Source: a virus
Lineage: Duplodnaviria; Caudoviricetes
DNA length: 62,289 nucleotides
Virus record (IMG/VR): IMGVR_UViG_3300031953_000007
Span: 1-62,289 of that record
Strand: one strand, 5' to 3'
Below, one piece after another: positions 27,793 through 36,487 of the stretch (positions are counted from its first letter, which is position 1; every line of letters begins with the position of its first letter). Under the pieces are notes generated by a model. That model worked only from the letters and a program-made list of their open reading frames with translations. It was not told the origin of the DNA and made no database searches. The position numbers and the translations under genes are program-made.

Positions 27793-28109
27793 TTCTTTCT
27801 CCTGAACTGAATAGGGATAACCAGCTGTTCAGCCGGCACAGTGACAAATTTGCCGGGATAGTATTTGTCCTTGAGGACATACCCGGCTGAGTAGCGTGCA
27901 GCTGACGTAAAGCCGCTGCACATCAAGCCGGCAACCGCAGCTGCCATCACGCCACTGAATGTACCGTAGTGCATGACGAAGGCTAATAACGAGCAGCCTA
28001 AGTCCAGATAGAACGGTTGGCCTAGAGCTCGCATGGTTGCCCACCTTGGCAGCTTGGCTCCCAACAAGAGCAAGCCGAGGAAGATGATGACACCACTCTC
28101 AATAATCAT
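27789..28109 (-). CDS. Early membrane protein
   Basis: Hydrophobic; H.GTFSG.MAA.VAGL motif. Confidence 0.65.
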   Translation of the reverse strand: MIIESGVIIFLGLLLLGAKLPRWATMRALGQPFYLDLGCSLLAFVMHYGTFSGVMAAAVAGLMCSGFTSAARYSAGYVLKDKYYPGKFVTVPAEQLVIPIQFRRKK

Positions 28110-28177
28110 AATCTTTTCCTTTTGGTTGGAAGTTCAACCAAAAGGGCCACCGCGCGTAAGCGTGGCAGCCCAGTAAT

Positions 28178-28330
28178 TTATGCTTTGTGCTCGAACGTGT
28201 GACCTGAGTATCCGGTCTTTTCACGCTCTCGAGCCTTAGCTGCTCGGCGTGTGCGCAGGGCAGCTGCGCCTGCATTTAATGCTTGGGCTACTGCCCATCC
28301 TATAACTGCACCTACGAGAACTTGAGGCAT
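28178..28330 (-). CDS. Small early membrane-anchored protein
   Basis: ATG 28330 after AAGGAG. Confidence 0.55.
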   Translation of the reverse strand: MPQVLVGAVIGWAVAQALNAGAAALRTRRAAKAREREKTGYSGHTFEHKA

Positions 28331-28397
28331 AGTTTGTATCTCCTTAATGAGAATGATTCCAGCGTACACGTGTACGCTGAAATGTTAAGACTCTTGT

Positions 28398-28787
28398 TTA
28401 TCTGGGCGTCAAGGTGCCCCAGTCCATGGTTGCACCGTACGCAGGATCGAATGGCGAGTCGTCCCGGGTCTTAATGTGCGCGAACGCAATTGCTACGCAC
28501 CCGGCGAACAGCGCCAGTGCATACCAGCCGATAAGCATAACCACGGCAGGCAGCAACACAGCCACAAGGCCTATGTTTAGGCCGAGATTAGCCGCTTTCA
28601 GGTGGCCGAAAGACCAATGCGACGGATTGACTAGGTACATGGACGCTGAGGTCAGGCAGCTGAGCAGCCAGAACCCGATCATCAGGGGGCCGTAGACCTC
28701 CCACAGCACAAACCAAGAGCCAAATACTGCGCACAGGGCCGCGCCGTAGAACAGGACAGAAACTGAAAGCTTAAGAACGTTTTTCAT
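28398..28787 (-). CDS. Early membrane protein (about 4 TM)
   Basis: Highly hydrophobic, GGAG RBS. Confidence 0.6.
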   Translation of the reverse strand: MKNVLKLSVSVLFYGAALCAVFGSWFVLWEVYGPLMIGFWLLSCLTSASMYLVNPSHWSFGHLKAANLGLNIGLVAVLLPAVVMLIGWYALALFAGCVAIAFAHIKTRDDSPFDPAYGATMDWGTLTPR

Positions 28788-28865
28788 AGTAGAAACTCCG
28801 AACGAACAATTGAGTGAAACTTCAATTAAAACGGGCCACCGCGCGTAAGCGCGGCAGCTTAGTGA

Positions 28866-29087
28866 TTAGTGCCTAGACCACGTGATCTCGTAGCCCAGTA
28901 CCTGAGCTACGCGGGTCAGGGTGTTGATTCGAGGGGCGATAGTGATCCCCTCGCGCCAATGATACAGAGTGCTGGGTGAACACCCAGCCTCGTGGGCTAC
29001 AGCTTCGAGGCTACAGCTCCGAAGCGCGAGCTGTACGGAGTAGTACAACTCGAGCAAGACTAGGTGTCTGAGATCTAGGCGCCTCAT
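28866..29087 (-). CDS. HTH DNA-binding protein (XRE-like)
   Basis: LEAVAHEAGCSPSTLYHW..G...PRINTL.RVA.VLG. Confidence 0.7.
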   Translation of the reverse strand: MRRLDLRHLVLLELYYSVQLALRSCSLEAVAHEAGCSPSTLYHWREGITIAPRINTLTRVAQVLGYEITWSRH

Positions 29088-29290
29088 GATGCCAACCTAG
29101 GCAGGCGAAGTACCTTGCGGGCTAGAAGGCGATCTCTCAATAAAAGGATGAGCAGGGCGACGTTGCCGCCGAAGCTTGCGAAAGCTCCGATAGCTGCAAA
29201 TACTGGGAGCAGCAGGCTGATCAAGGCCCAACAGGCCAAAGAGATAGACAGGTTGATCAGGATTCCACGAACAGTGGTGACGTTGAACAT
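29084..29290 (-). CDS. Small early membrane protein
   Basis: ATG 29290 after GGAG. Confidence 0.5.
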   Translation of the reverse strand: MFNVTTVRGILINLSISLACWALISLLLPVFAAIGAFASFGGNVALLILLLRDRLLARKVLRLPRLAS

Positions 29291-29349
29291 AGTAAATACT
29301 CCAGATAAGAAATAGGGCCCCAAGCGCTTAGCGCTTGGGGGAAGGGCAG

Positions 29350-29610
29350 CTAGGCAGCTACCCATTGTCCGTTGGACTTCACCTCTACCCGGTCGTTCCG
29401 GATCTGGGTGACTTGGCCGGTCTTCATGGCCAAGTGCTTGGCATAAGCCATAAGCGCAGCACGTGTAGGCTGAGTACTTGGTGTGCTGGTGCTGGTGCTG
29501 GTGCTGGTGCTAGCACGCAGAGCAGCGAGGTCAGCCCTGTACTGGGACAACATAGCGCGAAGTTCTGCGTTCTGACGGGCCAACTCTGCTTTAAGGATTT
29601 TCTTAGCCAT
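29350..29610 (-). CDS. First gene of the early arm, hypothetical
   Basis: ATG 29610 after GGAG; coiled coil and (ST)n linker from a 6-bp repeat. Confidence 0.6.
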   Translation of the reverse strand: MAKKILKAELARQNAELRAMLSQYRADLAALRASTSTSTSTSTPSTQPTRAALMAYAKHLAMKTGQVTQIRNDRVEVKSNGQWVAA

Positions 29611-29718
29611 GACGGTGATCTCCAAGATCAAGGTGTGCACCGCTCGGTAGTGAGCGACGCTTACACCACACACGGGCTACCGTGCGTTAGCACGGATGCT
29701 ATGCGTACCATGGGGGGT

Positions 29719-29828
29719 GAGAGCTAAGAGCTAAGAGCTTGGTGCTTAGGGCAGGGAGCTGAGTGCTGAGGAGCTAGGCACTGGGCATGGGGGTGCTGAG
29801 TACTGAGAAGCTAAGAGCTGAGAGCTAT
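29719..29828. repeat. Degenerate 7-bp tandem array (GAGCTAA/GAGCTGA/GTGCTGA)
   Basis: More than a dozen imperfect units in the non-coding gap between the divergent arms. Confidence 0.75.
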
Positions 29829-30082
29829 GGGGCCCCCTTATCCCGAACCGAACTCGAAACCGAAGTGGCCCCCGGTTTCTAGGGTTGGGGGAGGGGGACC
29901 CGCGCAGCGACTCAGAACGAAATTTAAAGTTTCTTAGTGCCCCGTTTCTCGGCACCCCCCACCCCTTTCTCAGAACTCGATTCCAAAAAAATTCGCTAAA
30001 AAATAACCCAGTATCTGATATAACATATACCTAAGCGCCAGATTCCACTACAATCGTCAAATCTTTGACAGGACCCCGTTAT

Positions 30083-30550
30083 ATGCCCCCGAAGCTGACA
30101 GAGAGACAGAGAAAATTCGCAAAGATGGTCGGACAGGGCACGAGCCTAACCGGGGCGGCCACCCACTTGAAGTATGGTGCCCCCAGTCAAGCCGCGTGGC
30201 GTATGATGCAGAACCCTAAAATCAAGCTCGCCGTTGCTCAGGAAAAAGAACGGTACGCCAAGGCGTCGGACATGACCCGTGCCAAGGTTATCGACGGCAT
30301 GAAGGAGGCTATTGATATGGCCCGCCTGAAAGCAGACCCGACCGCTATGATTCAGGGTTACCGGGAGATTGGCCGGATGTGCGGGTTTTATGAGCCGACG
30401 AAGCATCAGGTTAACGTGTCGGTGAATGGGCAGGTTATGCTTCAGAGGATGCAGTCCATGTCCGACGAAGAATTGCTGCAGCTCGCCGACGAGAAGGACG
30501 TTCTTGAGGGCGATTTTGAGGAGGTCACCGAGGAACCTAGTGATGATTAA
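30083..30550 (+). CDS. terS: Terminase small subunit
   Basis: LTERQRKF...AA...Y.....A.R....P.I N-terminal HTH; upstream of TerL. Confidence 0.8.
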   Translation: MPPKLTERQRKFAKMVGQGTSLTGAATHLKYGAPSQAAWRMMQNPKIKLAVAQEKERYAKASDMTRAKVIDGMKEAIDMARLKADPTAMIQGYREIGRMCGFYEPTKHQVNVSVNGQVMLQRMQSMSDEELLQLADEKDVLEGDFEEVTEEPSDD

Positions 30551-30749
30551 TACCTTGCTGCTTTCGAGAACCCCCATCCCCGACCAAGACCTTAAGCCCG
30601 GGGTTCTGGTTATTTCCCCCGGCCAGCCGACTATGGGGCGAAGCGCGGACCACATTATAAATAATCTTGGCCCTATGAACGTGTTCGAGCAGGAGTGGTA
30701 CAACACGTGTGTTGTCACTAGACTTAACCCCGGCGGCACGATTACATGA
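30543..30749 (+). CDS. 68-aa protein resembling the TerL ATPase Walker B segment
   Basis: GRSADHIINN...EWYNTCVVTRLNPGG versus TerL GKGAHVLVIDD...DWYQSTAYTRLAPGG; GAGG RBS. Confidence 0.6.
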   Translation: MINTLLLSRTPIPDQDLKPGVLVISPGQPTMGRSADHIINNLGPMNVFEQEWYNTCVVTRLNPGGTIT

Positions 30750-30907
30750 GGTTCTTACCGTTTATTGGTTTCCGCAGGTGCCACGTCGATTTTGCTGGCT
30801 GGCGCGTGGACCACGATTCCGGGTACACAGCTGAGACGCTTGAAGTCGAGTGGCTGTTTGTCAGGATAACTCTGTACACGTTCGGTTATCGCAAAGGACC
30901 GCTATGA
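30746..30907 (+). CDS. Small hypothetical protein (53 aa, not in track)
   Basis: ATGA-coupled on both sides (30746 and 30904). Confidence 0.55.
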   Translation: MRFLPFIGFRRCHVDFAGWRVDHDSGYTAETLEVEWLFVRITLYTFGYRKGPL

Positions 30908-33297
30908 GCGCCCCGACCAAAATTCAGAAGCTCCTTGCTGGGCGCGAACTGGCTCGGCGCCGGTTACTGCACTTCACGAAGGTGACCCACGGGTCCTACG
31001 ACGCCGGCTGGGTGCACGAGGATATCTGCCGCCGGCTTGAGAAGTTCTCTAAGGACGTGGCCGACGGCAAGTCGCCAAGACTCATGCTCCTGATGCCCCC
31101 ACGTCACGGTAAAAGTGAGCTGGCCTCGATACGCTTCCCGGCGTGGCACTTTGGCTCGTACCCCCACCACGAAATTATCAACGTCGGTTACAACACCGAG
31201 CTGCCCATGAAGTTCTCGCGCAAGGTGCGGGAAGTCATGCGCGAAGGTCAGTATCAGGGGATCTTCCCCAATGCAGCACTCGACCCTAATTCTCAGTCCG
31301 TAGAAGCGTGGTACACAACTGCCGGCGGCGGATTTACCGCGGCGGGTGTTGGTGGTGGTATTACCGGTAAGGGCGCGCACGTTCTGGTTATCGACGACCC
31401 TATTAAGAACCAAGAGGAAGCAGACAGCGTGTCTGTCCGCGACAAGCTCTGGGACTGGTACCAGTCGACGGCGTACACCCGCTTGGCGCCCGGCGGCGGG
31501 GTGCTGGTTATCGAGTGTATGACGGGTGATACCCCGGTCAGACTCCCCAACGGCTCAGAACGTCGTCTTGACGAGCTGCGTGCAGGGGACGTTATTGCTA
31601 CGTATGAGAATGGGAAATTATCATCTTCTCGCGTGGCTAATCACCGCAGTAGTGGTAATGATCACATCTTGAGGATTACCACGAGTTCCGGTAAAATAGT
31701 ACGTGCTAACGGACGGCATCCGTTCTTAGCTACGACAACTACCGGAGAGTTAAAGTGGATAAGAGCGCGCAGCCTGTCATTAGCGAACAAAATCGTAACC
31801 GTAAAGGCCAGTGGGGGAAATACGCAGGGGTCGAATGCGCCGCAGCTGATTGCGACAAACCCGCCAAGTGCAGAGGTTTCTGCCCTAGTCACTACAGTAA
31901 GTGGAAGTGGGCTAGTGGGTACCGCGCCCCGTCTGCTAACCCAGTCTCCCAGCGCGCAGCACACCTCAAGTACAGATATGGGATCACAGCGGACGAGTAC
32001 CAAGCCCTCCTTGAAGAACAGAATGGCTTGTGCGCAATCTGCAGAAAAACTGGCAAAGACTCCAGAAACCCAGATCGGTGGAACCACATCCTCGCCGTCG
32101 ACCACTGCCACGACTCCAACAAAGTCCGAGGGTTGCTCTGCAACGACTGTAACGCTGGAATCGGACATCTTGGAACTGAGTCCATCGCACTTGCCGCTGC
32201 ACGATACCTCCGACTTCACGCTTGATGAGATAGTCAGTATCGAGCCTGATGGTGTCGAGGAAGTGTTCGATATCTCTGTCGAACGTACCACGAACTTCAT
32301 CGCTAATGGCGTGGTATCGTCGAATACATGGTGGAACGACGATGACCTCGCCGGCAGGCTCCAAGATTCCATGCGCAGGGATCCTGAGGCGGATCAGTTC
32401 GAGATCGTGAAGTACCCGGCTATTTCGGGCCAGTACGAATATCGCAACGACGAGACGAACGCGATTGTCTGCTTTACCGAAGACCCCAACCTGCTCGAAG
32501 GTGATGACGCTACCAAAGGGCTGACCCTGCTACGTAAGCCCAACGAGTGTCTGCACCACGGTCGCTACCCGCTTAGCGCCTTGAAGCGCATCAAAGCGAA
32601 CTTACAGCCCCGGATCTGGTCGGCTTTGTTCCAGCAGAACCCTGTTCCTGATGAGGGCATGTACTTCCGGAAGGATTATTTTCGAGAGCAGCAGACGTTC
32701 CCCCAGACCTTCGGGCTTAGAATCTTCACGGCGTGGGACTTCGCGATTGGTGAGAAGCAGGTCAACGACTGGACAGTTGGGGCCACCTTGCTCCAAGACG
32801 AGAACGACGTGCTGTATGTCCTCGACATACACAGATTTCGCGGTGACAGTTTCCAGATCGTAGAGGCCATACTCGACACCACTGAGCGCTACAGTTCGTT
32901 GGCCGGAGTGGACTATCAGGTGGGTGCCGAGGACGGCATGATATGGCGGTCCATCGAACCCTTGTTGAAACGCCGCATGGGCGAGCGCCGGCTGTTCCCG
33001 GTTATTGAGCCGTTACGGCCAATAACAGACAAAGCTGCACGGGCCCGCCCGTTGCAGGGTAGAATGCAGCAGGGCCGGGTTGTTTTCCCGGCAGAGGCGC
33101 ACTGGAAGGGGACGGCAGTATCCGAGATGCTAAGATTCCCGGCAGGTGCGCACGACGACGTAGTGGACGCGCTGGCGTGGGCCGTCCGTTTAAGCATGAT
33201 GTCCGAGCCACCACAGCAGCCGCAGGAGCGCCGGATACCTTCATGGCGAGACAAGCTAACAGCCGCCGGCAACGCCGGCAGCCACATGACCGCATAG
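30904..33297 (+). CDS. terL: Terminase large subunit, intein-containing
   Basis: Walker A PPRHGKS, Walker B LVIDDP, nuclease AWDFA and HDDVVDA. Confidence 0.93.
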   Translation: MSAPTKIQKLLAGRELARRRLLHFTKVTHGSYDAGWVHEDICRRLEKFSKDVADGKSPRLMLLMPPRHGKSELASIRFPAWHFGSYPHHEIINVGYNTELPMKFSRKVREVMREGQYQGIFPNAALDPNSQSVEAWYTTAGGGFTAAGVGGGITGKGAHVLVIDDPIKNQEEADSVSVRDKLWDWYQSTAYTRLAPGGGVLVIECMTGDTPVRLPNGSERRLDELRAGDVIATYENGKLSSSRVANHRSSGNDHILRITTSSGKIVRANGRHPFLATTTTGELKWIRARSLSLANKIVTVKASGGNTQGSNAPQLIATNPPSAEVSALVTTVSGSGLVGTAPRLLTQSPSAQHTSSTDMGSQRTSTKPSLKNRMACAQSAEKLAKTPETQIGGTTSSPSTTATTPTKSEGCSATTVTLESDILELSPSHLPLHDTSDFTLDEIVSIEPDGVEEVFDISVERTTNFIANGVVSSNTWWNDDDLAGRLQDSMRRDPEADQFEIVKYPAISGQYEYRNDETNAIVCFTEDPNLLEGDDATKGLTLLRKPNECLHHGRYPLSALKRIKANLQPRIWSALFQQNPVPDEGMYFRKDYFREQQTFPQTFGLRIFTAWDFAIGEKQVNDWTVGATLLQDENDVLYVLDIHRFRGDSFQIVEAILDTTERYSSLAGVDYQVGAEDGMIWRSIEPLLKRRMGERRLFPVIEPLRPITDKAARARPLQGRMQQGRVVFPAEAHWKGTAVSEMLRFPAGAHDDVVDALAWAVRLSMMSEPPQQPQERRIPSWRDKLTAAGNAGSHMTA
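31516..32325 (+). mobile_element. Intein (270 aa) in TerL
   Basis: Block A CMTGDTPVRL, block B ANGRHPF, block F VFDISVE..NFIANG, block G SSN/T; removal restores VLVIE-TWWNDDDLAGRL. Confidence 0.92.
31755..32225 (+). CDS. Endonuclease VII-type HNH endonuclease nested out of frame inside the intein
   Basis: YGIT..EY..LL..Q.G.CAIC...LAVDHCH....VRGLLC..CN.GIG; N-terminal C..C...G.C..HY finger; GGAG 7 nt before GTG. Confidence 0.88.
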   Translation: MDKSAQPVISEQNRNRKGQWGKYAGVECAAADCDKPAKCRGFCPSHYSKWKWASGYRAPSANPVSQRAAHLKYRYGITADEYQALLEEQNGLCAICRKTGKDSRNPDRWNHILAVDHCHDSNKVRGLLCNDCNAGIGHLGTESIALAAARYLRLHA

Positions 33298-33310
33298 AGG
33301 AAGCCAAAAC

Positions 33311-35443
33311 ATGCCAGTGAATACGAGCCTTGCTCAGGAGATATGGGACCGCTACCTGTGGTTGCGGGATAACGGCCACCACAAATACGTCCGCAAGGCC
33401 GAGCAGTGTGAGAACTTCTTCGAAGGCCTGCAGTGGTCAGAGGAAGATTTGGCGTTGATGCGCAGTTATAAGCGCCCTGCTCTGACGATCAACAAAATCA
33501 TCAGCACCATCAGCAACGTGCTGGGCGAGCAGATCTTCAACCGGGCGGACATCGCCTACAAGCCCCGGGGCAAAGGTGCGACAGCAGAGGTCGCTACAGC
33601 CTTGTCGAAAGTCTTTATGCAGATTTCGGACAATAATAATCTCCCTTGGTTACGCAGTGACGTGTTCTGCGACGGGATTATCACCTCCCGCGGGTTCTTC
33701 GACGTCAGGCTTGAGTTCGACGAGAACCAGCAAGGCGAGATACGGATCACCCAGCCCAACCCCAAGAACGTGCTGATTGACGCGGACGCGGACGAATACG
33801 ACCCGGATACGTGGGGCGACGTGGTGACGTCCAAGTGGATGAGCCCCGACGAAATCGAGGCTGTGTATTCGAAGAAAGACGCCGACCTGCTCCGCAACCG
33901 TGTAGATTCGTACATGCCCTATGGGCTTGATGCCGTAGAGCTTGCAGGCCGGGACCGTTTTGGCGATGCGCGCGGCACTCACTACCAGTATGCCGGCGGA
34001 GCCTCCGAGGGCAGCGTGCGCAGTATCCGGGTTATTGAGCGTCAGTACCGCAAGCTCGACAAAACCCTGCACTTCGTGGATTTGCGCTCAGGCGAGACTC
34101 GCCCTGTCCCAGCAGACTGGGATGAGACGGAGATTCAGAATTACCTCGAAAATAACCCTGACGCCTACACGCAGAAACGTTTGATCCGCCGCATCCGCTG
34201 GACAGTGGTCGCTGACAACATCGTGCTGCACGATGACTGGAGCCCGTACCGGCACTACACCATCGTGCCCTACTTCCCGTATTTCCGCCGCGGGCGCACC
34301 GTCGGGCTGGTCGAGAACCTGCTTGGACCGCAAGAGCTGCTGAACAAGGTGTCCAGCCAAGAGCTGCACGTTATTAACACCACAGCGAACTCTGGCTGGA
34401 AGATAAAGCGCAACGGTCTGGTGAACATGACCATTGGCGAGCTTGAGCAGCGCGGCGCGCAGTCCGGACTGGTACTTGAGTTGGACGAGCTCACCAGCGC
34501 GGAAAAAATCCAGCCTAACCAGACACCCAACGGCTTGGACCGCATCAGCTACAAAGCTGAGGAGCACATCAAGACGATCTCCGGTGTGAGCGACTACATG
34601 TCAGGCTTCGCCCGCGAGGACGTGTCTGCCAAGAGCGTGGTAGCAAACCAAGAAGGTGGGCAGGCGAATCTGGCCAAGGTCATGGATAACATGAACCGGT
34701 CTGATCACATGCTGGCCCGCGTAGTGCTGAGTGTCGTGCAGGAGTATTACACGGAAGAACGGCTCGTCCACATCACGACTGACAAACTGGCCGGCAAGAC
34801 TGAAGAAGTCATGGTCAACGAGATCTCGCCCGAGGGTGAAATTGTCAATGATTTGACGCTCGGAGAGTACTCGATCCTTGTGACTCGCCAGCCAGAACGT
34901 GACCAGATGGAAGTGAGCCAGTTCGAGCAGGCCATGAGACTTCGCACAGACGCTGGCATTCCTATATCAGATAAGTTTATCATTGGTGCCAGCCGGATGA
35001 AGGACAAGGCAGATATCCTGTCCGAGCTCGAAGAACAGGGCCAGTCGGAAGAAGCACAGGCTGAACGGGAGCTGCAGCAACGTGACGCAGCAGCCGAGGT
35101 CGCTGTGAAAGAGGCCAACGCCCTGTCGAAGCAGGCAGATGCTCGTTTGCGTGACGCCAAGTCTCAGAAAGAGATGCTGACCATCCAGAAGGACATGCAG
35201 ACAATGCAGAACGGCGGGCAAGTCCCCGGCGAGATGCAGATGAAGATGGCAGAACTTCAGATGGAGATGCAGCTCAAGCGTGAGGAGATGGACCGTGAGT
35301 TCGAGCTGAAACGCGAAGCGATGGTTATGGAGTACGATTTCAAACGTGAGGAAGCGGCTTTGAACGCGAAGGTCGAGCAACAGAAGGCGAAAGATGAGCG
35401 CGTAGACGCCGTCTTTAACAGTTCTAACCAAGGCGAGGAATAA
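33311..35443 (+). CDS. Portal protein (P22-like)
   Basis: F..G.QW, RP.LTINKI, position after TerL, C-terminal coiled coil. Confidence 0.85.
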   Translation: MPVNTSLAQEIWDRYLWLRDNGHHKYVRKAEQCENFFEGLQWSEEDLALMRSYKRPALTINKIISTISNVLGEQIFNRADIAYKPRGKGATAEVATALSKVFMQISDNNNLPWLRSDVFCDGIITSRGFFDVRLEFDENQQGEIRITQPNPKNVLIDADADEYDPDTWGDVVTSKWMSPDEIEAVYSKKDADLLRNRVDSYMPYGLDAVELAGRDRFGDARGTHYQYAGGASEGSVRSIRVIERQYRKLDKTLHFVDLRSGETRPVPADWDETEIQNYLENNPDAYTQKRLIRRIRWTVVADNIVLHDDWSPYRHYTIVPYFPYFRRGRTVGLVENLLGPQELLNKVSSQELHVINTTANSGWKIKRNGLVNMTIGELEQRGAQSGLVLELDELTSAEKIQPNQTPNGLDRISYKAEEHIKTISGVSDYMSGFAREDVSAKSVVANQEGGQANLAKVMDNMNRSDHMLARVVLSVVQEYYTEERLVHITTDKLAGKTEEVMVNEISPEGEIVNDLTLGEYSILVTRQPERDQMEVSQFEQAMRLRTDAGIPISDKFIIGASRMKDKADILSELEEQGQSEEAQAERELQQRDAAAEVAVKEANALSKQADARLRDAKSQKEMLTIQKDMQTMQNGGQVPGEMQMKMAELQMEMQLKREEMDREFELKREAMVMEYDFKREEAALNAKVEQQKAKDERVDAVFNSSNQGEE

Positions 35444-35446
35444 AGG

Positions 35447-36421
35447 ATGTTGACTGCTGAGCAAATTGAACAGGCCGCAATTGCCCGCGGCGACGTAGTA
35501 GCAGAAACAGGCGGGGACGATGAGGCAGAAGCCGCACGCGTAGAAGCCGAGCGCGTAGAAGCCGAGCGCGTAGAAGCCGAAGCTGCCGCAGCCGCAGCGA
35601 AAGACTCACTAAGCGACGAGGAAACCGAAGAAGAAAAAGCCGAGCGCGAAGCTGCTGAGGCCGAGGAAGCAAAGAAAAAGCGCATCCGTATCCCGAAGCA
35701 GCGCTTCGACGAAGCTATGAGCAAAGCGAAAACCCGCGAGCTCCAGCTTCAAAACCAGATAGACGCGCTAGAAAAAGACAGCGCCGGCAAGACGAAGAAG
35801 ACCGAACTGACCACCATGCAGACGGAGATTAACGACCTGCAGGACAAGTACGAGGACTTGATCCTAGAGGGCAAGAAAGACGAAGCCCGGGCGGTTCGCA
35901 AGGAAGTCGAAGGCAAGCGCGAAGAGCTGTTTGACCGGCGCACCACGTCGAAGTCCGAAGCGGCTAAGCGCTCAGCGGTTGAGGAGCTGAAGTACGACTC
36001 GGCACTGGCCCGGCACGAAGGCGTGCACGCGGCAATAAATCCGGACAGCGACAGCTTTGACGAAGACACTGCCAGCGAAGTTTCTGAGTTGCTGGAGGCT
36101 TTTGTCGCTCGCGGGTTCACTCGGTACGCAGCGCTGGACAAGGCGGTGAAATATGTTCTTGGAGACGCTAAATCGGCTTCTGGTAAGAAAGACACTGAGG
36201 AAACAGACACTATCCGCGCGCAGCGCGCAGCAGAGGCGCGGCGTAAAGCGGCGGACGCAGCAACGAAACAGGCGCCGTCGACAGGCGGTATCGGGAAAGA
36301 CTCCGACAAAGGAGGCCAAGGTGCTGACGGGTCTAATATCAACGTGATGAAGCTCTCGCAAGAAAAGTTCGCCGAGCTGAACGAAGAACAGCTCAGCACG
36401 CTGCGCGGGGACACCGTCTGA
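35447..36421 (+). CDS. Capsid scaffolding protein
   Basis: Acidic coiled coil, IPKQRFDE motif, between portal and capsid genes. Confidence 0.75.
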   Translation: MLTAEQIEQAAIARGDVVAETGGDDEAEAARVEAERVEAERVEAEAAAAAAKDSLSDEETEEEKAEREAAEAEEAKKKRIRIPKQRFDEAMSKAKTRELQLQNQIDALEKDSAGKTKKTELTTMQTEINDLQDKYEDLILEGKKDEARAVRKEVEGKREELFDRRTTSKSEAAKRSAVEELKYDSALARHEGVHAAINPDSDSFDEDTASEVSELLEAFVARGFTRYAALDKAVKYVLGDAKSASGKKDTEETDTIRAQRAAEARRKAADAATKQAPSTGGIGKDSDKGGQGADGSNINVMKLSQEKFAELNEEQLSTLRGDTV

Positions 36422-36447
36422 TTTTTGGCTTATAGTATGGGGAGCTT

Positions 36448-36474
36448 GCGGGGGGCGCCACCCCCCGCTTTTTT
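36448..36474 (+). terminator. Intrinsic terminator
   Basis: GCGGGGGG-CGCCA-CCCCCCGC-TTTTTT. Confidence 0.8.
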
Positions 36475-36487
36475 CAGGAGCTACATC

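Larger units (their letters stand above)
28144..28858 (-). repeat. Repeated intergenic hairpin (two copies, 25/26 nt identical)
   Basis: GGGCCACCGCGCGTAAGCGYGGCAGC at 28144-28169 and 28833-28858. Confidence 0.85.

Noticed and set aside
25616-29828. Possible CRISPR array among the repeats, given the Cas4-like gene
   Set aside because: Repeats are 7-9 bp tandem units or widely spaced hairpins without regular unique spacers; Cas4-like nucleases are common stand-alone phage genes
31710-31760. Programmed frameshift fusing the intein N-terminus to the nuclease
   Set aside because: No canonical slippery heptamer seen; an SD plus GTG explains expression more simply, though frameshifting is not formally excluded
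31662-32372. 236-aa antisense ORF across the intein
   Set aside because: Shadow of the plus-strand frames; no recognisable motif
35537-35580. 15-bp tandem repeat in the scaffold gene (RVEAE x3); similar in-frame repeats at about 13525-13575, 22267-22300 and 29483-29510
   Set aside because: In-frame slippage in low-complexity linkers; no sign of phase variation
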